The notes under the pieces: model-generated
The model's database searches: none
What the model saw: the letters and a program-made list of their open reading frames with translations, nothing else
What the model was told of the DNA's origin: nothing
Assembly (NCBI GenBank): GCA_016866195.1
Contig: VGNF01000001.1
Location: 1 to 58,567, forward strand
Reading direction: 5' to 3'
From: Chloroflexota bacterium
Lineage (GTDB): Bacteria > Chloroflexota > Anaerolineae > Anaerolineales > Villigracilaceae
DNA length: 58,567 bases
Made by a program: the position numbers and the translations under genes
In this document: piece by piece, positions 27,915 through 37,255 of the stretch
Layout: each line of letters begins with the position of its first letter
Position numbering within the stretch: position 1 is the stretch's first letter

Positions 27915-28586
27915 CTAACCAACCGTATCACCGCGCAGAATTCGCTGTGATACGGGACATTCATATTTCAATAAGGCCTGGCAGGCTCGAGGGACGTCCG
28001 CCGAAGGGCGCACAGCCAATTTTTGCAGCGCCCGCACCGCGTGGCACATCGGCAATCCCATCACGCTGGCATAACAACCCCGCATGGATTCGACCGGCTG
28101 AAACTGCGGATGCTGGATGGCATACCCGCCGGCCTTGTCCAACGGGTCGCCTGTTTCGACATATGCATGGATCTCAGCGTCCGAATAGTCGCGCATCGGG
28201 ACGTCCGTGATGCACAGTTCGGCGAGCATCTTCCCGTCACGAACGCGGCAGATCGCCAGCCCGGTGTACACGCGGTGCACATGCCCTCGTAATTGGTCCA
28301 GCATGCGGAATGCGTCGGCTTCATCCCTGGGCTTGCCGAGGATCTGCTCGCCATCGATCACCGCGGTGTCCGCGCCGACGACGATTGAATCCGATCTGTC
28401 TCCCGGGAATACAGCCAGCGCTTTCTCCCGGGCGAGCCGCAGCACATAATCCGCCGGTGTCTCTCCGGCCCGCGGCTCCTCGTTGATATCCGGGACGGTG
28501 ACCGTGTACTCCCAATTCCCAAGCCCGAACAGCTGCCTGCGCCGGGGCGAATTGGAGGCCAGCACAAGCCTTGCCGATTCAATCAC
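27915..28586 (-). CDS. maf: Maf family nucleoside-triphosphate pyrophosphatase
   Basis: LVLASNSPRRRQLF..., ADTAV, KAGGYAIQ. It has a Cys-containing C-terminal extension of about 30 aa. Confidence 0.85.
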   Translation of the reverse strand: MIESARLVLASNSPRRRQLFGLGNWEYTVTVPDINEEPRAGETPADYVLRLAREKALAVFPGDRSDSIVVGADTAVIDGEQILGKPRDEADAFRMLDQLRGHVHRVYTGLAICRVRDGKMLAELCITDVPMRDYSDAEIHAYVETGDPLDKAGGYAIQHPQFQPVESMRGCYASVMGLPMCHAVRALQKLAVRPSADVPRACQALLKYECPVSQRILRGDTVG

Positions 28587-28840
28587 CCGAAGAATTCTAA
28601 CACACCGTCTTTTTCAACCTTAATCATGATTAACCTCTGGCCGCATCCCGATTCGCGTTGTACAATCCAAAAAATCCATAGAGGGCTTCCAATAGTTGCG
28701 CACAAAGGTAACCGGTGCCAGGATTTGTCTTACAAATCATTCGGGCTCAAGTCGCTGCCACTTCGACGGCTCCGGGCCGGCCTCGGCGGAGAGTCAATTG
28801 CCTGGCATTCAACGTGATTCACAATCGATGAGGAGGTGCC

Positions 28841-29413
28841 ATGAACGAACTGCAGGAACGGATTTTGAGGGAGGGACAAATATTGGGGAACGGAATTCTC
28901 AAAGTGGACAGTTTCGTCAACCATCAGGTGGATCCAAGATTGATGGACGCCTGTGGAAAGGAATTTGCTCGGCGCTTTTCGCGTCTCGGCGCGACGAAGG
29001 TGTTGACCGCCGAGATCTCCGGCATCGCGCCGGCGGTCACCACCGCCCTGCACCTCGACCTGCCGGTGGTGTACGCACGCAAGACCAAACCCATCACCAT
29101 GCCGGACCAGGTCTATCTCACGCTGGCTCCTTCGCACACCAAAGGCCGCATGGTGGAACTGATCGTCTCGCCGGAGTACCTTGCCAACGGGGAAAGGGTG
29201 TTGATCATCGACGATTTCCTCGCCAGCGGCCAGACCATCCTTGGCTTGGCGCGCCTGGCCGAAGCCGCCGGCTCGAGGATCGTGGGCGTCGGCGCCCTGA
29301 TCGAGAAGGTGTTCGAAGGCGGCCGCACGGTGTTGAAGTCCCTCGGCGTGCCGATCGAATCGATCGCCTGCATCAAATCGCTGGAGGATGGCAAGATCGA
29401 ATTCGTCGAATAG
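28841..29413 (+). CDS. xpt: xanthine phosphoribosyltransferase
   Basis: MNELQERILREGQILGNGILKVDSFVNHQVDP... and the PRPP loop VLIIDDFLASGQT. Confidence 0.9.
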   Translation: MNELQERILREGQILGNGILKVDSFVNHQVDPRLMDACGKEFARRFSRLGATKVLTAEISGIAPAVTTALHLDLPVVYARKTKPITMPDQVYLTLAPSHTKGRMVELIVSPEYLANGERVLIIDDFLASGQTILGLARLAEAAGSRIVGVGALIEKVFEGGRTVLKSLGVPIESIACIKSLEDGKIEFVE

Positions 29414-29426
29414 AGAAACCGGATGG

Positions 29427-29455
29427 AAAATAAAAAAGGCACGCAAAAGCGTGCC
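29427..29455 (-). terminator. Rho-independent terminator (minus strand), possibly bidirectional with xpt
   Basis: GGCACGC-aaaa-GCGTGCC; on the minus strand it is followed by TTTTTTATTTT. Confidence 0.6.
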
Positions 29456-29465
29456 CGCATAAACC

Positions 29466-29708
29466 TCAGCCCTTCAGCGGCGGCGCGTCCTTGTCGTACA
29501 CGAAGACCTGAACGTCCAGGCCGTCCTTGTTCAGCAGGTCGATCGCGGGCTGAAAGGTGGCGTCCTTGATCTTCTGTATCTCCCCGGCCGGCGCGTAGAC
29601 CGAAAGCCGTGCCTCTTCCTCCGACATTTTGGCGGTCTTGACCTCGGCGCCGGCGCAGGCAGCCTTGATCTTGTCCGTCATCTGTTTGATGGCTTCATCA
29701 ATTGACAT
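29466..29708 (-). CDS. hypothetical 80-aa protein
   Basis: Clean ORF with host-like codon usage, bracketed by a terminator. No family recognised. Confidence 0.5.
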   Translation of the reverse strand: MSIDEAIKQMTDKIKAACAGAEVKTAKMSEEEARLSVYAPAGEIQKIKDATFQPAIDLLNKDGLDVQVFVYDKDAPPLKG

Positions 29709-29761
29709 CCGAATTTTGTCTCCGGGTGGGAAGATTATAGTCCAACTTCAAACGCGGCAGC

Positions 29762-32143
29762 CTAGCCGGCCTTTAACTTGGCAATCGTCACGCCCTCACC
29801 ACCCTCGTTCTCACGACCCTCCTCGAAGGATTTCACGTACTCATGACCGCGCAGGGCTTCACGCACGGCCTGTCTTAACTTGCCGGTGCCCTTGCCGTGA
29901 ATGATGCGGACGAACGGCAGGCCCGCGAGATACGCCTGTTCCATGTAACGTTCCATCTTAACCAGCGCATCCTCGGACATCAACCCGCGCAGGTCCACTT
30001 CCATGCCGGGCGATTTCGACGCGGTTGCAGACGCCGCGGGATGGACGGTCGTTTGTGGTCCACCTTCCGCGGCCTGCCTTCTCTGCAAATCGGAATACCG
30101 CGCCCTCAGGCGCAGCGTGCCAAAAAGAACCTCCGCCTCGGACTCGCCCAAGGCGGTCACCACCCCTTCCGCATTCAGCGTTCCGACGGCGACGCGTTCT
30201 CCCAGCTTCAAGGAGGTCGACCCCCCATCGTCCGCGGTCGCTCGTCTCTCGACCGGAGCCTCGGTTAGTTCCTCGATCGTTTCGATCCGCCCTTCGAGCG
30301 CACGGATCGCATCCAGAGGCTGGCGGGCCTTCTTTAATTGATGCTTCAGCGAGTCGAGGTTTTGCTTGAACACCGCCACCTCCAGCTCGCCCTCGGCGCG
30401 CGCCCGGGCGATGGTCTCGCGGCGCTCGTCCTCGATCTGTTCCAGACGCTTTTGCAGTTCGCGCGTCTCGGCTTCCAGTTTGCCCCGCGCCCTCTCGAGT
30501 TTCTCGCGCTCGCGCGCCGTGCGGTTGCGTTCCTTGCGGATGTCATCCAGCAGTTTGTCGGCGCGCAGATCCAGCGGATTGATCTCCGCCCGCGCCGCGT
30601 CGATGATCGGCTGCGGCAGGCCAAGCCGCTGCGCGATCAGCAGCGCGTTCGAACGCCCGGGCAAGCCCAAAGTCAATTTGAAGGTCGGGCGCAGGGTCTG
30701 GATGTCGAACTCGAGCGAGGCGTTGACCACGCCCTCCGTGCTGTGGGCGAAGGTCTTGAGTTCCGGAAAGTGCGTCGCTACCAGGGTCATGGCGCCGCTT
30801 TCGAGCAGGTGGCTGAGGATCGCCCGCGCGATGGCCGCGCCCTCCTGCGGATCCGTTCCCGAACCGAGCTCGTCGAAGATCACCAGCGAACGCGCGTCGA
30901 TCTTCTTTAATATGCGGATGATGTTGGTAATGTGTCCGCTGAATGTGGAAAGCGACTGCTCGATGGATTGCTCGTCGCCGATATCGGCGTACACCGCGTG
31001 GAAGCACGGCAGCTCCGAGCCGCTTTGCCCGGGAATGTGCAGTCCGCTCTGGGCCATGAGGGCCAGCAGGCCGACGGTTTTCAACGAAACCGTCTTGCCG
31101 CCGGTGTTGGGTCCGGTGATCACGACCGCCCGCGTACCAGGCGCGGGATCCACGTCGATGGGCACGACCGTCTCCGGATCGAGCAGTGGATGGCGCGCTT
31201 TCAGCAAGCGGATGATGGATGACAGACGATTGACCGTGGTCTGTTGTCCATCGTCCGTCGTCCGATGAAGGACCGGCTCGCTGGCGTGCAGTTCTTCCGC
31301 ATATTTCGCCTTTGCGAAGGCCAGGTCAAGCACCGCCAGGTTCTCGACGCCGTATTTCAGATCGGCCGCATGTTCGCCCACCTGTGCAGAGACCTCGGCC
31401 AGGATGCGCCGTTCTTCGTCCCGTTCCGCCAGCTGCAATTCACGGATTTCGTTGTTGGCCTCCACCACCGGCAAGGGTTCCACGAACAGGGTCGCGCCGC
31501 TGGAGGACTGGTCGTGCACGATGGACTTGATCCTCCCTTTGAATTCCGCCCGCAGCGGGATTACATAGCGTCCATCGCGCTGCGTGATGATCGGCTCCTG
31601 CAGCATCGAGACCGTCTTCGAATCCGTGACGTATTTCTGCAGGCGGCTCATCAGCCGGTCGTGCGCGGTGCGCAGGCTTCGGCGCAGATCGGCCAGCTTC
31701 GGCGATGCGGAATCCAGCACCTCGCCGCGCTCCGAGAGAATGCGCGTAATCGCATCCACCAGGCCATAGGTGTCGGGCAGGCCGACGGCAATGCGCGCCA
31801 GGTGCGGGTAATCTTCATTCTTCCTATCGAAGGTCTTCTTGAGATCGCGGCAAGAAATCAACGTGGACTTGATATCCAGCAGCGCCTGGGGATCGAGCAC
31901 GCCGCTGCGCGCCGCCAGGTCGGCATGTGCGCGGATGTCGTGCGCCGCGCCGACACCTATCTCCTGAATCGAAAGCAGCCGGCGCGCCTCGGTCGTTTCC
32001 GCCAGGCGCGCAAGCGCCAGCACATGCGACTCGGTGGGCTCGAGCGCGCGCGCAAGTTGCTGTGACGCGGAAAAATCGCAGAAGCCCGCCAAACGCTCGA
32101 GGATTTTCGGATATTCGAGGACATGCAGCGTTTTCGAATCCAT
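29762..32143 (-). CDS. mutS2: endonuclease MutS2 (MutS domain plus C-terminal Smr)
   Basis: Walker A GPNTGGKT, DELGSGTD, a long coiled coil and an Smr domain (DLRGLMSEDA...IIHGKGTGKLR). I set the start at ATG 32143 (MDSKTLHVLEYPKIL). Confidence 0.9.
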   Translation of the reverse strand: MDSKTLHVLEYPKILERLAGFCDFSASQQLARALEPTESHVLALARLAETTEARRLLSIQEIGVGAAHDIRAHADLAARSGVLDPQALLDIKSTLISCRDLKKTFDRKNEDYPHLARIAVGLPDTYGLVDAITRILSERGEVLDSASPKLADLRRSLRTAHDRLMSRLQKYVTDSKTVSMLQEPIITQRDGRYVIPLRAEFKGRIKSIVHDQSSSGATLFVEPLPVVEANNEIRELQLAERDEERRILAEVSAQVGEHAADLKYGVENLAVLDLAFAKAKYAEELHASEPVLHRTTDDGQQTTVNRLSSIIRLLKARHPLLDPETVVPIDVDPAPGTRAVVITGPNTGGKTVSLKTVGLLALMAQSGLHIPGQSGSELPCFHAVYADIGDEQSIEQSLSTFSGHITNIIRILKKIDARSLVIFDELGSGTDPQEGAAIARAILSHLLESGAMTLVATHFPELKTFAHSTEGVVNASLEFDIQTLRPTFKLTLGLPGRSNALLIAQRLGLPQPIIDAARAEINPLDLRADKLLDDIRKERNRTAREREKLERARGKLEAETRELQKRLEQIEDERRETIARARAEGELEVAVFKQNLDSLKHQLKKARQPLDAIRALEGRIETIEELTEAPVERRATADDGGSTSLKLGERVAVGTLNAEGVVTALGESEAEVLFGTLRLRARYSDLQRRQAAEGGPQTTVHPAASATASKSPGMEVDLRGLMSEDALVKMERYMEQAYLAGLPFVRIIHGKGTGKLRQAVREALRGHEYVKSFEEGRENEGGEGVTIAKLKAG

Positions 32144-32194
32144 TGCGCTGGAATTATAAACCACAGATAAAATAGAGGCTCAAGGAGAGATCGC

Positions 32195-32968
32195 ATGAGA
32201 CTCAAGGAGAAAACGGCCATCATCACCGGCGCCACCAGCGGGATCGGCAAAGCCACGGCATTGCGTTTTGCCGAGGAGGGCGCCTCGCTCGTGATCACCG
32301 GCCGGCGGGCGGAGTTGGGAAAGGCAGTCGAGGCGGATTGCAGGCAGAGAGGCGCGCACTGCGTCTTCGTTCAGGCGGATCACACCAAGGAAAGCGATTG
32401 CCGCAAGGTCGTGGAGACCGCGCTCACGGAGTTCGGCCGGGTGGACATCCTGTTCAACAATGCCGGCATCGTCATGAAGGGCATGGCGGATACAACTCCC
32501 GAGGACGTCTGGAATGACACCATCGCCATCAACATCACCGCGGTCTGGCGCATGTCCAGCCTGGTGATCCCACAAATGAAGAAGCAGGGCGGCGGTGTGA
32601 TCGTGAACAACGGCTCGGACTGGTCCGTGGTGGCCGGCAGGAACGCCTTCCCGTACGTTATGAGCAAGGGCGCGGTCGGCATGATGACCAAAGCCATGGC
32701 GCTCGATTACGCGCGCGAGAACATCCGCGTCAATGCCATCTGTCCCGGCGACACTCTCGTGGACCGCTGGCTGGAAAAGGGATATTTTGAATACTCCGAC
32801 CCCGTGACCCTAGGGCAGGCCATCCAAGAATCCAGCGCCTACATTCCCATGGGACGCTTCGGCAAGCCCGAGGAGATCGCCAACGCGGTTTTGTTCCTCG
32901 CTTCCGACGAATCCTCCTTCGTCACCGGCCACCTGCTGCTGGCGGATGGCGGCAACACGGCGCAATGA
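32195..32968 (+). CDS. SDR family oxidoreductase
   Basis: TGATSGIGKA, NNAG and Y-x3-K (YVMSK) motifs. Confidence 0.9.
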   Translation: MRLKEKTAIITGATSGIGKATALRFAEEGASLVITGRRAELGKAVEADCRQRGAHCVFVQADHTKESDCRKVVETALTEFGRVDILFNNAGIVMKGMADTTPEDVWNDTIAINITAVWRMSSLVIPQMKKQGGGVIVNNGSDWSVVAGRNAFPYVMSKGAVGMMTKAMALDYARENIRVNAICPGDTLVDRWLEKGYFEYSDPVTLGQAIQESSAYIPMGRFGKPEEIANAVLFLASDESSFVTGHLLLADGGNTAQ

Positions 32969-34527
32969 CACGGATTTTCCTTCGCATGCATCGGTGGTTC
33001 GTACCAGGCTGCCTCCTCCTTGCGCTCCTCTCATGCCAGGTCCTGCCGTCCCTGCAGTCGAACCGCCCCAACTTCATCCTCATCCTGACCGACGACCTGG
33101 ATGACAGCCTGATGCCTTACCTCGGAAACACCAATGCCCTTATTGCAGACCAAGGCCTCAGTTTCACAAATTATTTCATCACCACGCCCATGTGCTGCCC
33201 GTCACGCACCTCCATGTTGACCGGCCGGTTTGCGCACAACACCGACATCCTGGATAATTTCCCGGCCTTCAAGCGTTTCTTCCAGAGAGATGAGGAGGCA
33301 GAAACGCTGGCCGTCTGGCTGAAGCGCGCCGGCTACGAAACCGCCATGATCGGAAAATATCTGAATTTGTACCCGATCGACGCCGGCCGGAATTACATCC
33401 CGCCCGGTTGGACGGACTGGCATGCCTTTCTGTATGAGAAGAGTGCGGACAACTTCTACTTCGATTACATGATGAACGAAAACGGCGAGGTGGTTGAATA
33501 CGGGGATGCCGCGGCGGAGTACAGCACCGACGTGATCCGCGATCGGTCCCTCGAATTCATCAATCAAAGCATTGACGGGAATTCCCCCTTCTTCCTGCTC
33601 ATCTCGGTTTACGCCCCTCACGGACCCGCTACACCTGCGCCCCGCCATGCGGATTTGTTCGCGGATCTCGAGTATCCCAAAGGGCCTTCGTTCAACGAGC
33701 CGGACGTGAGCGACAAGCCGGCCATCCTGCAAACGCTGGTGCAGAGCGGCGACGAATTCGACCCCGGCGATGCGGATAACTTCTTCCGCGGGCGCGCCCG
33801 TTCCATGCAGGCGGTGGATGAAATGGTCGCAGAAGTATTCGACCTGCTCGAGAAAACCGGGCAATTGGAGAATACCTTCATCCTCTTCACCTCGGACAAC
33901 GGCTTTCGTAATGGCGAACACCGCCTCGCCACCGGCAAGGGGCTGCCCTACGAGGAGGACATTCGCGTGCCGCTCCTGATTCGCGGTCCGGGCATCGAGC
34001 CGGGTTCTACCAGTTACTGGCTGACCGCGAACATCGACCTGGCGCCGACGATCGCGGAGCTGTCCGGCGCCCGCACCGCCGACTTCGTGGACGGCCGGTC
34101 CCTGATGCCGTTGTTGGAGCAACCGTTGCAGCAACCCCCTGAATGGCGCAATGGCGTATTGATCGAAGCGGGGTATTGGGACCCGCCGGCCTCCTTCGCG
34201 GTTCACGCGGCATCCTACACCGGCACCGGCCAGCAGGCGGAGATGTTCCATTATCTGGAGGCCATGGGCGATGAGTCGCTGCGCCAGATCGGCGGAGTCG
34301 CCTATCGTGGTTTCCGCACCGAGGGCTTCAAGTACGTCGAGTACATCAACGGCGAGATCGAGCTGTATGATTTGAAGAACGACCCCTACGAACTGGAGAA
34401 CCTCGCCGGCCGCACCGATCCCGAAGTGCTCTCGCGCCTGCACGATTGGGTGGAACGACTGGCGACTTGCACCTCGGAGGATTGCAGGGGCATCGAATCC
34501 CAACTACCAATGACATTGGATGAATAG
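32965..34527 (+). CDS. Cys-type sulfatase (arylsulfatase/GlcNAc-6-sulfatase-like), secreted
   Basis: ILILTDDLD, CCPSRTSMLTG (C-x-P-x-R formylglycine motif) and SDNG. Its ATG overlaps the SDR stop (ATGA). Confidence 0.9.
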   Translation: MTRIFLRMHRWFVPGCLLLALLSCQVLPSLQSNRPNFILILTDDLDDSLMPYLGNTNALIADQGLSFTNYFITTPMCCPSRTSMLTGRFAHNTDILDNFPAFKRFFQRDEEAETLAVWLKRAGYETAMIGKYLNLYPIDAGRNYIPPGWTDWHAFLYEKSADNFYFDYMMNENGEVVEYGDAAAEYSTDVIRDRSLEFINQSIDGNSPFFLLISVYAPHGPATPAPRHADLFADLEYPKGPSFNEPDVSDKPAILQTLVQSGDEFDPGDADNFFRGRARSMQAVDEMVAEVFDLLEKTGQLENTFILFTSDNGFRNGEHRLATGKGLPYEEDIRVPLLIRGPGIEPGSTSYWLTANIDLAPTIAELSGARTADFVDGRSLMPLLEQPLQQPPEWRNGVLIEAGYWDPPASFAVHAASYTGTGQQAEMFHYLEAMGDESLRQIGGVAYRGFRTEGFKYVEYINGEIELYDLKNDPYELENLAGRTDPEVLSRLHDWVERLATCTSEDCRGIESQLPMTLDE

Positions 34528-34602
34528 ACTGGCCGAACGCATGGCGGACAACAACCGCTCGATCGAAGCCCTGCTGGATTAGACAAGAATGGAGTGAAGA
34601 AC

Positions 34603-35124
34603 ATGGATGCAGATTCCCTGACCCAGACGCTGCTGACCGCCTTCCTGAGCAGCGCGGTCCTGTCGACGGTGGTCGGATTGATCTTCCGTGGATGGGCGGC
34701 GCGCCTCGAAATGCGCGTCAAATCACAGCACTCGTGGAAGGAGCAGTCCGTAACGGAATTGCTCGCGCCGTTGAACATGCAGTTCGCCCGCACCGAGAAG
34801 GCCTTCCGCCGCTGGAACAGCAAAAACCTGTATTTGGAAATGAAGGTGGTGAAAGCCGGCAACGAAACCATCCGCGATCTGCTGCTGGCCAAGGGCCACC
34901 TCATACCACCCGAGCTGCGCGAAGACGCCGGCAAATTGATCGAACATTACGACGTGTGGCTCGAAAAGTTCGAAAAACAGCGCCTCTCCGAAAACCCGGA
35001 TTTGAACGCGCCGTTCGTGTTCGTCGGACCGGATGGGTATCCCTTCCCGACCGGGGCGGAAAGGAACTTCCGGGAGACTTTTAAAAGGTACTGGATCGAA
35101 CTGTATGGCGATTCAGGAAAATGA
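34603..35124 (+). CDS. hypothetical protein with one N-terminal TM helix
   Basis: ATG 34603 is preceded by a GGAG-like site. No family recognised. Confidence 0.5.
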   Translation: MDADSLTQTLLTAFLSSAVLSTVVGLIFRGWAARLEMRVKSQHSWKEQSVTELLAPLNMQFARTEKAFRRWNSKNLYLEMKVVKAGNETIRDLLLAKGHLIPPELREDAGKLIEHYDVWLEKFEKQRLSENPDLNAPFVFVGPDGYPFPTGAERNFRETFKRYWIELYGDSGK

Positions 35125-35168
35125 TCCATCGTTCAAAGATCCCTGGAGGCGTATTTTGTTTTTCACAC

Positions 35169-35183
35169 GCCGGGTGCTATAAT
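35169..35183 (+). promoter_or_regulatory. extended -10 promoter module GCCGGGTGCTATAAT (amidase gene)
   Basis: TG-n-TATAAT consensus 78 nt upstream of the amidase ATG. The identical 15-mer recurs at 42815-42829. Confidence 0.45.
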
Positions 35184-35260
35184 CCAACAGGATTTACGCC
35201 TCGCATCGAATCGGAATTCTTTCACGGATTGCACTTGGGGCCTGGAAAGGAGAAACAGGC

Positions 35261-36748
35261 ATGGCTTTCGCTGAGTATGGAAAATATGACGGCCTGGGGC
35301 TGGCCGAACTGGTTCGCAGGAAAAAAGTCTCACCCGCCGAACTTGTGGAGGAGGCGATCCGCCGCATCGAAGCACACAACCCGAAGCTGAACTCGGTCAT
35401 CCTGCCCTTGTATGAACGGGCGCGCAAGATGGCAAAAGGAAAGCTACCCGAAGGTCCCTTCAAGGGTGTGCCCTTCTTAATGAAGGATCTGATCTCCTCG
35501 CTGGAAGGGGTTCCCACCAGCAGCGCCAATAAATTATGGAAGGACATCCCGGCCAGGGTCACCACGGAGATCGCACGGCGCTGGGAGAACAGCGGCGTGA
35601 TCGTGGTCGGCAAGGCCAACACCCCGGAATTCGGCCTTACCCCGTTCACCGAATCGGACACATTTGGACCAGCGCGCAATCCTTGGGATACGACGCGCAC
35701 CCCGGGCGGTTCCTCCGGCGGATCGGGCGCGGCGGTGGCCGCGCGCATCGTCCCGCTCGCCTCGGGCGGCGATGGAGGCGGTTCGATCCGCATCCCTTCC
35801 TCCGCGTGCGGCTTGTTCGGGCTGAAACCCACGCGCGGGCGCAACCCGACAGGCCCGCTCATCGGAGAGGCCTGGGAGGGATTCACCGTGGAGCATGTGC
35901 TCACCCGTTCGGTGCGCGACTCGGCCGCCATGCTGGATGCCACCAAGGGAGCCGACGTGGGCGCGCCGTTCATCATCCCCGATGCAGGACCGTTCCTGCG
36001 CGAGATCGGCAGGAATCCCGGCAAGCTGAGAATCGCATACACCACAAAACCCATGCTTGGGAAAAATGTGCATCCGGACTGCGTCAAGGGCGTGGATGAG
36101 ACCGTGAAACTTTTGCGGAAACTCGGCCATGCCGTGACGGAGGATGCGCCGGCGATCAACGGCGAGGAATACTCGTTGCATTTCCTAACGATCGTCGCCG
36201 CGCACATGCGCGCAGACATCGAAGAAGCCGCAGAGGCTGCCGGCAAGCGTGTTTCACCGGACGACTTCGACCTCATCACCTATGGCCCGGGCCTATTCGG
36301 GACGATTTTGAAAGCCTCGGACTATGTGCGTGCCCTCCGCTACCTGCAATCGATTTCCCGCGAAATCGGCCGCTTCTTTGAAAAATACGACATACTGTTG
36401 ACCCCTGTGCTCAATCAGCCGCCCCCGAAAGTCGGCGAACTCCAACCCTCGGCGGCGGAACAAGCCCAGCTCAAATTGATCGCGCGCACCGGCCAGACCT
36501 GGATCCTTAAAGCATTGGGCGTGATCAAACCGCTGGCCGCGCAGGTGTACGAGTTCATCCCGTGGACCCCGGTGTTCAACGTCACCGGCCAGCCGGCCAT
36601 GTCGGTTCCGCTGCATTGGAACGCGGCCGGCCTGCCGATCGGCATGCACTTCGTCGGCAAGTGGGGCGATGAAGCGACTCTCTTCCGCCTGGCCGGGCAG
36701 CTCGAGAAGGCCAAGCCATGGATCGATAAAGTACCGGCGGGGTATTGA
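35261..36748 (+). CDS. amidase (amidase-signature family)
   Basis: GGSSGGSGAAVA signature and a Ser-cisSer-Lys family layout; 495 aa. Confidence 0.9.
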   Translation: MAFAEYGKYDGLGLAELVRRKKVSPAELVEEAIRRIEAHNPKLNSVILPLYERARKMAKGKLPEGPFKGVPFLMKDLISSLEGVPTSSANKLWKDIPARVTTEIARRWENSGVIVVGKANTPEFGLTPFTESDTFGPARNPWDTTRTPGGSSGGSGAAVAARIVPLASGGDGGGSIRIPSSACGLFGLKPTRGRNPTGPLIGEAWEGFTVEHVLTRSVRDSAAMLDATKGADVGAPFIIPDAGPFLREIGRNPGKLRIAYTTKPMLGKNVHPDCVKGVDETVKLLRKLGHAVTEDAPAINGEEYSLHFLTIVAAHMRADIEEAAEAAGKRVSPDDFDLITYGPGLFGTILKASDYVRALRYLQSISREIGRFFEKYDILLTPVLNQPPPKVGELQPSAAEQAQLKLIARTGQTWILKALGVIKPLAAQVYEFIPWTPVFNVTGQPAMSVPLHWNAAGLPIGMHFVGKWGDEATLFRLAGQLEKAKPWIDKVPAGY

Positions 36749-36814
36749 TCAGCAAACAAACGCCGAATTTAATGGTCCGAGACGAGCGCATGATCCTTCT
36801 GCCCCCACCCTGAG

Positions 36815-36960
36815 TCCCTCCCCTCGTGTAGCACCCCCGTAGGGGGCGCAGCGGGGGAGGGATGTTCATAGGGAGTGCGGGACAACTTTGTTGTCCCGCA
36901 CTCCCGCAAGCCTCATCCCCCTTCATGGAAGGGGGGACCACAGGGGGGATGAAGCGCATT
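36815..36960. repeat. cluster of three GC-rich hairpins (REP-like)
   Basis: TCCCTCCCC...GGGGAGGGA enclosing CCCCC-gta-GGGGG. A perfect 16-bp stem GGGAGTGCGGGACAAC-ttt-GTTGTCCCGCACTCCC lies at 36871-36905, followed by CCCCCTTC-atg-GAAGGGGG. Confidence 0.55.
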
Positions 36961-36994
36961 CGATCCTCGCGTCTGGAGGTAGTATCACTCAACC

Positions 36995-37242
36995 ATGGTT
37001 GATGCACAAGCACGAGCCAAAAGCCTGCGCTTCGATGAAAACTCTCTTCCCATTCTGCTTAGCGATGGGTGTGAAATCAGCCTTCCGTTGGATCGCGTGG
37101 ATTGGTTGAGCTGGCTGGCAAAGGCCACCCCGCAGCAACGTGAACATGGACCATCGAGCCCGGTGGGGATGCAATCTACTGGAAGGGTCTGTACAACGGG
37201 ATCGAGATCACGCACTTACTCAGTATGCAGCCGCTGGTCTGA
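36995..37242 (+). pseudogene. DUF2442 family gene disrupted by a 1-nt frameshift
   Basis: Frame 1 reads MVDAQARAKSLRFDENSLPILLSDGCEISLPLDRVDWLSWLAKATPQQREH. After about 37146 the homologous continuation WTIEPGGDAIYWKGLYNGIEITHLLSMQPLV* is in another frame. Confidence 0.65.
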
Positions 37243-37255
37243 TTATATTTTTCTG

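Noticed and set aside
28587-28840. Purine (guanine) or PRPP/ykkC-type riboswitch upstream of xpt
   Set aside because: The 254-nt leader is long and has GC hairpins. However, I could not find the purine-riboswitch core (UAUA...GGAUAUGG...GUUUCUACC...CCGUAAA...GACUAUG) or a convincing ykkC core (AGGGUUCCG...GGUCCGAGAG...ACGG-GGGA...CCCGGGAGA). Only an Rfam scan could settle this.
33202-34503. 433-aa minus-strand ORF over the sulfatase gene. The same applies to 35194..36279 over the amidase, 39452..40264 over the response regulator, 45447..47177 over the ABC exporter and 52102..53298 over the B3/4 and lipid-kinase genes.
   Set aside because: All are antisense shadows of confidently assigned genes. 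None has a recognisable motif.
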